From a virus (lineage: Duplodnaviria > Caudoviricetes): DNA of 52,424 nucleotides. Under the pieces are notes generated by a model. The model saw nothing but the letters and a program-made list of their open reading frames with translations. It was not told where the DNA came from and ran no database searches. A program made the translations under genes and the position numbers. Within the stretch, counting starts at the first letter, position 1; each line of letters opens with the position of its first letter. This document shows, one piece after another, positions 27,208 through 36,459 of this stretch. The DNA is taken from the IMG/VR virus record IMGVR_UViG_3300013009_000061, positions 1-52,424 of that record; one strand, given 5' to 3'.

Positions 27208-28215
27208 ATGGCAGTTGTGCCTGGTTTGAAGACATACACCGTGGATGGACTCGGTGGCGGTGTGGTCACGAATGACGCCGCCATTGCGAGTGGCCTGGCG
27301 TTTCTGAATGCCGAACTCGAAAAACGAGACCCTCGGCTGCTCGAGCCTCTGCAAAGTGTCACCTGGCCACGGGATATCGTGGCACGCACGGGTGGCGGTT
27401 GGGTCGAGTTCAGCAGCCAGTACTTCGTCGATTACGCCACGACGGGCGGTTCCGACGGCGGCATCGTCGGCGGCGAGACGAACGACATCCCTGTGATGCA
27501 AGCCAACATCTCAAAGGATATCTGGAAGGTGTTCACCTTCTCGAATATCCTCAAGGTTCCGTTTGTCGATCAAGCCAAGCTGCAGGGTATCGGTCGCTCG
27601 CTTGACGAGATCCTCGATAAGGGAATCCGCCTCAACTACAACAAGTCCATCGACAACATCGTGTATGTCGGCCTGCCGTCGCAAAACATCTACGGGCTGG
27701 TCAACAACCCGTCGATCACGGCGATGGCGGCTCCGAACGGCGCGAGCGGTCAGTCGACTTGGGCCAATAAGACGCCACAAGAAATCCTGGCTGACATCAA
27801 TACGGTCATCGAGACAACCTGGGCGAACAGCCAGTACGACTTGACGGGCATGGCCAACCATATCTTAATTCCGCCGGCACAGTACGGTTACATTGCGACG
27901 GAACTGGTGTCTCAGGCCGGCAATCGCTCGATCTTGGATTACGTGCTCGAGAACAACCTCGCCCACAACCAGGGCGTGGACCTGTACATCTATCCATCCC
28001 GTTGGTGCATCGGCGCGGGCGTCGGCGGTAAGGACCGTTTGGTGGCCTACGTCAACGATGAGGATCGCGTGAACTTCGACCTGACGGTTCCGCTGTCGCG
28101 TGTCATGACGCAGCCAATGGTGACCGAGATGGCGTATATGACGGCGTATGCGGCGCAGTTCTCGCAGGTCAAGGTCCTTTACACGCAGACGATGGTCTAC
28201 ATGGACGGTATCTGA
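27208..28215 (+). CDS. Major capsid protein (DUF2184/encapsulin-like HK97 fold)
   Basis: FLNAELEKRDP, YGLVNNP, ILIPPAQY; strong RBS; position. Confidence 0.88.
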   Translation: MAVVPGLKTYTVDGLGGGVVTNDAAIASGLAFLNAELEKRDPRLLEPLQSVTWPRDIVARTGGGWVEFSSQYFVDYATTGGSDGGIVGGETNDIPVMQANISKDIWKVFTFSNILKVPFVDQAKLQGIGRSLDEILDKGIRLNYNKSIDNIVYVGLPSQNIYGLVNNPSITAMAAPNGASGQSTWANKTPQEILADINTVIETTWANSQYDLTGMANHILIPPAQYGYIATELVSQAGNRSILDYVLENNLAHNQGVDLYIYPSRWCIGAGVGGKDRLVAYVNDEDRVNFDLTVPLSRVMTQPMVTEMAYMTAYAAQFSQVKVLYTQTMVYMDGI

Positions 28216-28544
28216 TGGGAGGCGACATCATGCGTATCTTCGCGCGGCAGGCGTTACGGTTCGACCATCCCCAGAAGGCAGAGGCGCCCGTTTTTGTACG
28301 GGCGCTCGATTTTTCGGATGTGCCGGATTGGGTTGCGGAATCGACGATGTTCAAGTGGGCCGAAGAAGAAGGAACGGTCATGCGCGTCGATTCCAAAGCT
28401 GATGAGGTGAAGGCTGAAACCTCAGTGACCGACCAGGACCTGAAGGAACTTCGAAACGTGGCAAAAGAACTTGGTATCCCAGGCTACACCAAGATGAGCA
28501 AGGAGCAGCTGACGCAAGCGATCGAAGCCGCAAAGGCATCGTGA
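28215..28544 (+). CDS. Head-associated protein with Rho-N-like domain
   Basis: C-terminal LKELRNVAKELGIPGYTKMSKEQLTQAI. Confidence 0.7.
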   Translation: MGGDIMRIFARQALRFDHPQKAEAPVFVRALDFSDVPDWVAESTMFKWAEEEGTVMRVDSKADEVKAETSVTDQDLKELRNVAKELGIPGYTKMSKEQLTQAIEAAKAS

Positions 28545-28561
28545 ATCGCGGGTGATGGGCG

Positions 28562-29059
28562 ATGAGCATCAATCCGACGTTCATGGATGCCTACGGCTTT
28601 TATGCGTTCGGCGACGGCTCCAACCTACGGACCGGGTCCAACCCGCCCTACGGCGTGTCTGATTTCCTCTCGATGTTCCCGCAATTCGGTCCGGACTCGA
28701 ATGGGAACTATGTCGTGCCTCAATCCGTGATCCAGTCGTTTATCGGCATGGCGAACGCCTGTCTCCAGCAAGCAAGATGGCGTAGCGTTTGGCCCTTGGC
28801 GATGGGCTGGTTCGTTGCGCATTTTTGCACGCTTTGGTTGCAGAGTCAGGCCGATCCCAATGGGGGCGCCGCTGCCGTGCTCGAGGCTGGGCGTGCTCAA
28901 GGCGTCATCACCGGTGAATCGGTTGGCGACATTTCCTACTCAGCCGATCTGTCGCTAGCTACGGTCAACGGATGGGCGGCATGGAATCTCACGAGTTACG
29001 GTCAGCAATTGGTCACGTACGGCAAGCTCATCGGGAAGGGCGGCATGTACGTGTGGTGA
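28562..29059 (+). CDS. Head-tail adaptor (DUF4054)
   Basis: FLSMFPQF, WFVAHF, ESVGDISYS, WNLTSYGQQL. Confidence 0.8.
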   Translation: MSINPTFMDAYGFYAFGDGSNLRTGSNPPYGVSDFLSMFPQFGPDSNGNYVVPQSVIQSFIGMANACLQQARWRSVWPLAMGWFVAHFCTLWLQSQADPNGGAAAVLEAGRAQGVITGESVGDISYSADLSLATVNGWAAWNLTSYGQQLVTYGKLIGKGGMYVW

Positions 29060-29075
29060 GAGGAAGTGGTGGTGC

Positions 29076-29744
29076 GTGCTCAAAGCGCTCGCGAAGGTGA
29101 CAAGTTCGAAGGACTTGACCAAACGGGTGCGACAGTCGCTACAGTCGCTTGAGAAGACCGATGTGTATGTTGGTATCCCTGAAGGCCAAGACGGCAACCA
29201 TCCCAATATAACGAATGCGCAACTGATGTACGTCTTGACTCACGGCGTACGGAGGAAGGAAATGCGCGATGCCATGGATGAATACATGGGTCTGACACCC
29301 GGTGGCATGCCCATTATGCGCGACTTCGAGCGCTTCCTCACCAACATGGAGACGATGCCTTACAGCGCCGCCTATCAACTCTATCTCTACGAGCACGGGT
29401 CTCCACTCTGGCGCATACCCCCGCGGCCAATTTTGGAGCCGGCAATCAACCATTACAAGGACATCATTGCAAAACCGCTTCGGCAAGCAGCTGTTAACGC
29501 GTTAGATGGTAGCGACCCAATGCCTTCGCTTCATAAAGCTGGAGAACTTGGTGTTGAAGCGGCTAAAGATTGGTTCGTGAATCCGCTCAACATGTGGCCA
29601 CCAAACTCGCCGGTCACCGTTCACGGGAGCAAACCTGATAAGCACGGCAAAAAGTTCATCAAGGGGAAAGGGAGCGACCAGCCGAACATCGACACCGGCA
29701 ACCTCCGCAACTCAATCACCTATGTGGTGGCGAATGCGCCATGA
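29076..29744 (+). CDS. Neck/tail completion protein
   Basis: VYVGIPE, HGS...IPPRPILEP, PNSP, IDTGNLRNSITY. Confidence 0.75.
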   Translation: MLKALAKVTSSKDLTKRVRQSLQSLEKTDVYVGIPEGQDGNHPNITNAQLMYVLTHGVRRKEMRDAMDEYMGLTPGGMPIMRDFERFLTNMETMPYSAAYQLYLYEHGSPLWRIPPRPILEPAINHYKDIIAKPLRQAAVNALDGSDPMPSLHKAGELGVEAAKDWFVNPLNMWPPNSPVTVHGSKPDKHGKKFIKGKGSDQPNIDTGNLRNSITYVVANAP

Positions 29745-30100
29745 ACGTAGGACGAGTGGTGAGCGGGCGATTAGCTCAGGATGTCACGGTTTATCGAAAG
29801 TCGGGTAGTTGGGTCGGCGGGCGTTGGGTCGGGAGCGAAACAGCGCTTACGGTACGCGGGGTTGTAGACATTCCAGACCCGACGGAGTTGGAGCAAATCC
29901 CCGAGGGCGACCGCCAGCGCGGCGCGATACGGCTGCACACGACAGCTCCTATCCTGATCACGTCCACGTCCGGCACCTCGGACGAGATCCTGTGGCGCGG
30001 GAATCGTTATCGCGTGATGCAGGTGGTGCCTTATGTGGACTACGGCTACTATAAGGCGATTGCCGTCAAGATGGATCCATCTTCAGAGGTGACGCCGTAA
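29741..30100 (+). CDS. Head closure protein
   Basis: LEQIPEGDR, DEILWRGNRYRV, YGYYKA; position. Confidence 0.7.
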   Translation: MNVGRVVSGRLAQDVTVYRKSGSWVGGRWVGSETALTVRGVVDIPDPTELEQIPEGDRQRGAIRLHTTAPILITSTSGTSDEILWRGNRYRVMQVVPYVDYGYYKAIAVKMDPSSEVTP

Positions 30101-30663
30101 TGGCGGATACTGTGTTGTCTCTCGAACAACTCGAAGACTTTTTTCAATCATGGACAAGTCAAACACTCGGGACGACCGATCCATCTGCAGTGCGCATCAG
30201 CTGGCCGACGGACGGATCGCCAGGGTGGCAGGTCACCGACGATGTCTGTTTTTTGATGGTGCAGTACGCAGACAACTCGTACACGCGTCAGATCCAAACG
30301 GAATACGCCCAGTTGGACGTTGCGGATGCACAGGTGAGTCAGGTCTACACGGTGGGGATTCGAGCCACATGGACGTTCTATGGACCGAATGCGTGGTCCA
30401 ATGCCGATATGGTCCGTGCGTCGCTCTATCGTGACGCGACGACGCAGATGTTGGCCGCCAACAATCTGTCCCTCATCCCTGACGTTCCGATGCCTGTCAG
30501 GGTACCAGAGTTGTTTAACGGCCAGTGGTGGAATCGCGTGACGTTCTTCGCTGACTTCTATGAGCTGGTGATCCGCCAGACAAGCGTGCCGTACATCGCG
30601 GAAGTCGACGTCACAGTAGCATCAGAAGACGAAAGCGAAGGCGTCCAAATCATCGAAGGGTAG
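30100..30663 (+). CDS. Tail terminator protein
   Basis: Directly before sheath; WTFYGPNA, PELFNGQWWNR. Confidence 0.7.
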   Translation: MADTVLSLEQLEDFFQSWTSQTLGTTDPSAVRISWPTDGSPGWQVTDDVCFLMVQYADNSYTRQIQTEYAQLDVADAQVSQVYTVGIRATWTFYGPNAWSNADMVRASLYRDATTQMLAANNLSLIPDVPMPVRVPELFNGQWWNRVTFFADFYELVIRQTSVPYIAEVDVTVASEDESEGVQIIEG

Positions 30664-31785
30664 GTGCTTTATGTGACGGCACAATCGCTAAGCAATATCG
30701 TCAATGTGACCGTGAGCGTTTCGCCGTCCTTACCCGCGGCACCGTCGCTCAACGTCGGATTGATTGTCGGTACGTCGACGGTCATTCCGACGTCACAGCG
30801 CATCGCCACGTATAGCAGCACCACGGATATGCTCGGTAGCGGATGGAAAGGCACAGAGCCTGAGTTTCTGGCGGCGGAGGCCTATTTTTCACAGTCACCT
30901 GCGCCCACCAAGGTCATGATTGGTCGCCAGGACGTCACCGTGCCCGAGACTGCGTTGGAGGCTGTTCAGGCGTGCCGGGTCGCGAGCAACGGATGGTACG
31001 GGGTGTACGTCTGCGGGGCCGCTGATAGCGACATTGAGGCGATTGCACAGTACGTGCAAAGCGCGCAGCCGCAGACGATGTTCTTCTACGATACGTCGGA
31101 TACAGCTGTCGCTTCCGGTACCACCCCCAACATCATGTCTGCGTTGCAAGGGGCGAAGTATAGTCGGTCCTTCGGCGTGTATTCCGCGACGGAGCAGTAT
31201 TCGGGTGCCGCGGCTATGGGGCTTGCCATGGGGTCGAATACGGGGCTTGCGAATAGCGCCTTCACTATGGCGTACAAGTCGCTGGTGGGTGTCCAGCCAG
31301 ATAACCTGACTACGCAACAGGTGAACAACATTCTCGGGTGGAACGGCAACGTTTATACGATTTATGGAAACGGCTATGAGTTGCTTGTACAAGGTCGCAT
31401 GGCTGATGGGACACCGCTGGACCAGGTCTTGTACCTCGATGTGCTCACGGTCGACATCCAGACGGCCGTAATGAACGCACTCGTATCAGCTCCAAAGATC
31501 CCGCTGACTGACTCCGGCGTTACGACATTGATGAATGTCATCGGCGTCGTCTGCGATCAGGCCGTCGAGACCGGTTTCTTGGCGCCGGGTGTCTGGAACG
31601 GGCCGCAGATTTTAACGCTTTCGCCGGGCGCAAACCTGTCCAAGGGTTACATGATCCTCGCTGAGAAAGTGTCCACCCTTACCCAAGAGCAAATTCAGCA
31701 GCGGCAGGCGCCTCCGATTTATGTGTGCGTGAAACTTGCGGGCGCCATTGAGCATGCCATCATCGGCGTGCAAGTGAGTCTGTAA
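30664..31785 (+). CDS. Tail sheath protein (DUF3383)
   Basis: IVNVTV, EFLAAEAYFSQSPAP, YKSLVGV, KIPLTDSG, LAGAIEH. Confidence 0.85.
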   Translation: MLYVTAQSLSNIVNVTVSVSPSLPAAPSLNVGLIVGTSTVIPTSQRIATYSSTTDMLGSGWKGTEPEFLAAEAYFSQSPAPTKVMIGRQDVTVPETALEAVQACRVASNGWYGVYVCGAADSDIEAIAQYVQSAQPQTMFFYDTSDTAVASGTTPNIMSALQGAKYSRSFGVYSATEQYSGAAAMGLAMGSNTGLANSAFTMAYKSLVGVQPDNLTTQQVNNILGWNGNVYTIYGNGYELLVQGRMADGTPLDQVLYLDVLTVDIQTAVMNALVSAPKIPLTDSGVTTLMNVIGVVCDQAVETGFLAPGVWNGPQILTLSPGANLSKGYMILAEKVSTLTQEQIQQRQAPPIYVCVKLAGAIEHAIIGVQVSL

Positions 31786-31799
31786 GGAGGGATGACGGC

Positions 31800-32240
31800 A
31801 TGCCAACCACCACGACTTATAGTTTCGCGGATTGCATCGTGGTTATCTCGCATCCCGCCCTCGGCCAGTACTCCGCTCAAGGGACGGGCATCGGGAGCAT
31901 CACGGTCACGATGTCCACGGACCGAACGGCACACGACGTGGCGGCCGACGGTTCGGTGCTGATTAGCAAGATTGAAGGGAACAACGGGACGATCTCGTTC
32001 CAAATTCAGCAGACCTCCGGCTTCAACGCATGGCTCGTCCGCGCTTTTGACTACCTCATCACGGCGGACCCGTCGCAATGGGCGCAGATGGCCGTGACCA
32101 TCCGGTCTGTTTCGTCGGGCAGCCTCATCAACGCGACGGGTGTATCGTTCCAGAACCGTGCAGAGTTGTCCCTTCAGGCGCAGGGACAACAACGGACGTG
32201 GAACCTCATGGCGGCGAGTATCACGGAGACAGCGGCTTGA
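31800..32240 (+). CDS. Tail tube protein (DUF3277-like)
   Basis: TYSF, VAADGSV, GTISFQIQQTS; follows sheath. Confidence 0.8.
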   Translation: MPTTTTYSFADCIVVISHPALGQYSAQGTGIGSITVTMSTDRTAHDVAADGSVLISKIEGNNGTISFQIQQTSGFNAWLVRAFDYLITADPSQWAQMAVTIRSVSSGSLINATGVSFQNRAELSLQAQGQQRTWNLMAASITETAA

Positions 32241-32257
32241 CGAGAGGAGTAGCTTGA

Positions 32258-32734
32258 ATGGAACGGTACAAGGTCGTGAAAGTCAAGGAGCGCGAATATC
32301 GGATCGGCAAGTGGTCGGCGCGCGAAGGCGTGTACATCGTCACCAAATTGGCTGGACTCCTGGCGCCGGTGTTTGCGCCCTTACTGAAGGGCATGGATGT
32401 GAACAAAGCGTTGAACGCGAAGGCGCCGTCGGATATCGACCTGCAAAATGTCGATATCGCGTCCATGTTCCAACCGCTGGCCTCTATCCCGGAGGCGGAT
32501 TTTCTCTACTTGCAGGATAAGTGCCTGAAAGTCGTGCAGGTTAAGTTGCCGGCTGGATGGATTGATGTGGTGAATGACAACGGCTCATTCGCCCTCCAAG
32601 ACCTCGAAGAAGACGGGATGCTCCTGTTGACGTTGATGGTCCATGTCATCATTCACAACTTGGCGGGTTTTTTCGACGGAAGCCCCTTGATGGGGTTGTT
32701 TGGCGCCATCCAGGGTACGAGCTCTGCAACCTGA
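32258..32734 (+). CDS. Tail assembly chaperone (gpG-like)
   Basis: Between tube and tape measure; contains slippery G-GGT-TTT at 32665-32671. Confidence 0.8.
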   Translation: MERYKVVKVKEREYRIGKWSAREGVYIVTKLAGLLAPVFAPLLKGMDVNKALNAKAPSDIDLQNVDIASMFQPLASIPEADFLYLQDKCLKVVQVKLPAGWIDVVNDNGSFALQDLEEDGMLLLTLMVHVIIHNLAGFFDGSPLMGLFGAIQGTSSAT

Positions 32735-32913
32735 CCAACATCGATCCGTTCTTGTACGCTCCGGTTGTGGCTGGCTTCTGGAGCCATCGCGATCTGATCG
32801 AGGATGTGTTCACGCTTGATGACTTGTTGGACGCTCATGAGATCTTGCAGGTGCGCGCCGAGAATGAATGGCGTTACGCAGAGTATCTACGGGAGAGGAG
32901 CGAGATGCCGTGA
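32665..32913 (+). CDS. -1 frameshift extension of tail assembly chaperone (gpGT-like)
   Basis: The -1 frame is open from the slippery site to TGA 32911-32913, encoding ...FLYAPVVAGFW...FTLDDLLDAHEILQVRAENE... Confidence 0.75.
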   Translation, partial: GFFRRKPLDGVVWRHPGYELCNLTNIDPFLYAPVVAGFWSHRDLIEDVFTLDDLLDAHEILQVRAENEWRYAEYLRERSEMP

Positions 32914-34685
32914 TCGAGACCATCAAGGAGTATCTCGTTTCTCTGGGGTTTTCTGTCGATAAGTCGTCCTATGACAACACGGAGAAGGCCATCGAGGGGA
33001 TCGGAAAGGTCGTCAACAACTTTGCGACAGGGGCTATGCGGATTTTCGGGCAGGCGTCGATGGCGATGGCGGCGTTTGCGACCACAGCTGCAGTGGGTAT
33101 GACCAAGTTCCTTGCAGGTCTCGGTAACCAGGAGATCCAGATGGAAATCCTGTCGCGTCAGTTGTGGACGACCCAACAGCAGGCCATGGCCTTTAACGCC
33201 ACGCTGAAGGCGCTCGGCGCGAACCTGCAAGAGCTGTACTTGTCACCCACCCTTATGCAGCAATATGAAAAGCTGCACGCTGTGGCCGAGCAGATGCAGA
33301 CGCCAGGGGATTATCAGCAACAGATTCAGATGGTCCAGAACTTGCAGCTGCAATTCCGGCAGTTGCGGCTTGAGGCGTACTACTCACTTCAGTGGGTCGG
33401 GTACTACTTCATCAAGTACATGAGCGGACCGATCACGCGCGTGACCAATGTGCTTCAGGCCATCAACGATGCCATCGTCAAGAACATGCCGACATGGACA
33501 AAGCAGGTTGCGCAAGTGATGGTGAGCTTTGTTCAGGCAGGACAGTATATCGTCCAAGCCCTGACGTCCGTGTGGAACTGGCTGCGCAATCTGGCTCAGT
33601 ATGTACCGCAGTGGGCGAAGGTTGTGGGAATGGCGCTAGCGGCGCTTGCGATCTCGAACCCGTTTTTCCGTATGATCACGGCACTTAGTACGTTGATTCT
33701 GTTATTTGATGATTTCGAGACGTACCTGCACGGCGGCAATGCGATGTTTGGCCCGTTTTGGGCCCAGCTTGTCCAGTTCTTTGATCATATCTCGAAGGAC
33801 GGAGACGGTCTGAAGACGCTCAAGGATGCTGTGCTGGCGGTGATTACGGCCATCTTGGGCGCAAGGGTTTTGCGTAGTGTAGTACCGATCTTGAAACTTG
33901 TCCGGGCCGCCTTTGTAGCGTTATTTGCCGTGTTCGAGGCGGATCCCATCGTCGCTGCTCTTACGTTGATCGGCGTCGCCATTGGTGCGTTTATCGCCCG
34001 TTTAGCGCTTGCGAATCGAACAGGGAAACAAACGCAGGGCATTCTGCAAGGCTTGCAAAGCGCGTTTGCGTGGCTCAATCAACAGGTGGACAAGGCCGTG
34101 TCCTTCTTCTCGAAACTCTACGATCGATTCCAACAAAACGGAACGATCAAGGCCATGACTTCAGCGATACGGTCGTTGTTCAATGCCTTTGCCGATTTGG
34201 GTGGCGCCATTCTCAATGTTGTATCGGCCGTCGGGGATCTGTTCGGAAAAATCACGAACTCAAGCAATAAGAGCGGTCTGCAGAACTTCTTTCAGATGAT
34301 CGCCGACATGGCGATTGGTGCAATTGATATCGTAGCCAAGCTTGTCGAAGGTCTCGCTGATGTAGTGCAGATTGTCGGAGACGTGCTGCAAGGTAAGTGG
34401 GGCGCGGCATGGGACTTCATCAAGGATAAGCTTTTATCCGGGCCGACCGTCGCTCAATATGCAGCTGCGCAACAACATGGTGGCAGTTCGACCGCAGGGC
34501 AGACCGCAAACTCGAAGAACGCTTACCCTTATATGTTCCAAGGATCGTCCACCACGACGAAGCACATCACGGTGAACGTAAGTCAGACCAATCATATCCA
34601 CGGGAGCAGCCCGCAAGCGACTGCGAACGCTGTCACGCGGTCGTTTAATCGCAACTTGCACAACATACGCGGGGTGATTAACTGA
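32910..34685 (+). CDS. Tape measure protein (short)
   Basis: GTG start with GAGGAG RBS; IKEYLVSLGF N-terminus; amphipathic helical repeats; position. Confidence 0.8.
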   Translation: MIETIKEYLVSLGFSVDKSSYDNTEKAIEGIGKVVNNFATGAMRIFGQASMAMAAFATTAAVGMTKFLAGLGNQEIQMEILSRQLWTTQQQAMAFNATLKALGANLQELYLSPTLMQQYEKLHAVAEQMQTPGDYQQQIQMVQNLQLQFRQLRLEAYYSLQWVGYYFIKYMSGPITRVTNVLQAINDAIVKNMPTWTKQVAQVMVSFVQAGQYIVQALTSVWNWLRNLAQYVPQWAKVVGMALAALAISNPFFRMITALSTLILLFDDFETYLHGGNAMFGPFWAQLVQFFDHISKDGDGLKTLKDAVLAVITAILGARVLRSVVPILKLVRAAFVALFAVFEADPIVAALTLIGVAIGAFIARLALANRTGKQTQGILQGLQSAFAWLNQQVDKAVSFFSKLYDRFQQNGTIKAMTSAIRSLFNAFADLGGAILNVVSAVGDLFGKITNSSNKSGLQNFFQMIADMAIGAIDIVAKLVEGLADVVQIVGDVLQGKWGAAWDFIKDKLLSGPTVAQYAAAQQHGGSSTAGQTANSKNAYPYMFQGSSTTTKHITVNVSQTNHIHGSSPQATANAVTRSFNRNLHNIRGVIN

Positions 34686-35260
34686 TGGCCTCTCCGATTC
34701 TTGATCTGACCAAAGCTCCCATTAAAAGCTGGGTGTACGCGAAGACGAACATCGGCGGATGGTTCTTTGATGCGGTGCTGCAGGCTACGCATACGAGCAC
34801 GCTGACCATCACGCAGCACCCAGTGCAATCCGGTTCGTCTATCACTGACTATGCCTACATGCAGCCGAGGACGCTTTCGTTGACGATCGGAATGTCCGAC
34901 GTGGCGAAGAGTTTCATCCCAGGTCAGTTCAGCGGCGGCAAGTCGCGGTCTGTGCAGGCGTATCAAGTGCTCCTGCAGTTGCAGCAGATGCGAATACCTG
35001 TGCAGGTCTATACGAGACTTGGCTTGTACCAGAACATGCTCATTGAGACGCTGACAGTACAGGACGACAACACGACAGCACACGGGTTACGGTGCACAGT
35101 GGACATGTCGGAAGTGTTCGTTGCGACGGTCCAGACAGTCAAGATTAGCTCGAAACCGTCCGTCACCAGCTCCGCGAACAAGGGAAAGCAGCAGGCAAGA
35201 CAGGTGCCGCAGTCTATCATGGAGACGCTGTCCCAACTGTTGAACGGCAAAGCGAGTTAA
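34685..35260 (+). CDS. Baseplate/tube initiator (Dit-like) protein
   Basis: FDAV..H..TLTITQHPVQSGSSITD, YQNMLI. Confidence 0.75.
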   Translation: MASPILDLTKAPIKSWVYAKTNIGGWFFDAVLQATHTSTLTITQHPVQSGSSITDYAYMQPRTLSLTIGMSDVAKSFIPGQFSGGKSRSVQAYQVLLQLQQMRIPVQVYTRLGLYQNMLIETLTVQDDNTTAHGLRCTVDMSEVFVATVQTVKISSKPSVTSSANKGKQQARQVPQSIMETLSQLLNGKAS

Positions 35261-35317
35261 ATATACAGCATCTTTCGCATATCCTGTATGGTATATTCCA
35301 AGAAAGGAGGGATAAAG

Positions 35318-36040
35318 TTGCGGTGGATTACCATTCTGGGTTGGATCGTGGCACCTTACATCATGATCTTTGTAAAATGGCGTAACATGAAGCCGTGGCT
35401 GCGCGGTTTGGGAACTCTGTGGTCTTTCATCATCTTTGCGAATACAATATACCTCATTCGCGGCTTTCCAAACTCCGACTCTCCAAACCCTGTGTCACTT
35501 AACACTTCAGTGAATCAAGCTTCTAATAGCATAACTCAAACGGTGAAGGAAAACAGCACGTCAACAGCGTCGTCACTTCATAGCAAGACGAACACAACCT
35601 CTCCGAACTCAGAATCGTCGAAGCATGTTGATGTCGGGTCATTTGGCAAGGTTGGAAGTCTTGATATTCGGGTGAACTCGGTCCAAGAAGCTAAGAGCGT
35701 GGGATACGCAAGCTTGGGCGAAACAGCAAGCGGAGCGTACTGGATCATCAATATCACCGTGGTCAATGACGGATCCAGCCCGCTTGGGGTAGCCGATGAT
35801 ATGTTCTATCTTCGAGATCTAAACGGAAAAACTTATGATCCGGACACACCAGCTGAAATCTATGCAAACGCGAATGGAAATTCTCTTCCGTCAACGCTCA
35901 ATCCTGGCGTGTCGATGACCACGAACCTCGTGTTTGACATGCCAGATTTTGCGACATCCCGACATATTGGGATGAACTATAACCTGGTAGCGTCATACGG
36001 ACTGTTTGGTTCGAAAGAAACGGTCTTTAACCTGCCTTGA
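35318..36040 (+). CDS. Membrane-anchored DUF4352-like protein (moron)
   Basis: Lower GC; two N-terminal TM segments, Ser/Thr linker, INITVVN..., FYLRDLNGKTYD, LNPG..LVFDMP; own extended -10 (TGgTATATT 35289-35297) and terminator. Confidence 0.75.
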   Translation: MRWITILGWIVAPYIMIFVKWRNMKPWLRGLGTLWSFIIFANTIYLIRGFPNSDSPNPVSLNTSVNQASNSITQTVKENSTSTASSLHSKTNTTSPNSESSKHVDVGSFGKVGSLDIRVNSVQEAKSVGYASLGETASGAYWIINITVVNDGSSPLGVADDMFYLRDLNGKTYDPDTPAEIYANANGNSLPSTLNPGVSMTTNLVFDMPDFATSRHIGMNYNLVASYGLFGSKETVFNLP

Positions 36041-36055
36041 TCCATAGATTTCTTT

Positions 36056-36079
36056 GGCCGCTTTGGCGGCCTTTTTTTT
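36056..36079 (+). terminator. Intrinsic terminator
   Basis: GGCCGC-tttg-GCGGCC-T8. Confidence 0.75.
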
Positions 36080-36095
36080 GTTGGAGGTGATCGCG

Positions 36096-36455
36096 TTGCC
36101 TAGTGTCGTCGTGCCCATTGCGTCTGGGACCAACCAAACGGTCACGTGTACCTTGCCGGTGAACGGGGGCAACGTCACGCTCACCTTTTCGTTCATGTGG
36201 AACGACGTAGGCGGTTACTGGTTCATGTCGATCACGGACAACAACGGGAACCTGCTCCTTGACGCCATCCCAGTCATCACAGGCCAGTACCCGGCGGCGG
36301 ACATCCTACGCCAATACCAATACCTGAACATCGGAAGTGCTTATCTAGTCCCTGCATCCGCAGGTTTGCCGGACAACCCTTCGTTCGATGACCTCGGGAG
36401 CGACTATTTGCTGGTGTGGACAGATAACGGGGGTTATCTCAGCATAGGAGCGTGA
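36096..36455 (+). CDS. Baseplate plug-like protein
   Basis: GGAGGTGA RBS; WNDVGGYWFMSI...IPVITG..DILRQYQYL. Confidence 0.7.
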   Translation: MPSVVVPIASGTNQTVTCTLPVNGGNVTLTFSFMWNDVGGYWFMSITDNNGNLLLDAIPVITGQYPAADILRQYQYLNIGSAYLVPASAGLPDNPSFDDLGSDYLLVWTDNGGYLSIGA

Positions 36456-36459
36456 GACC

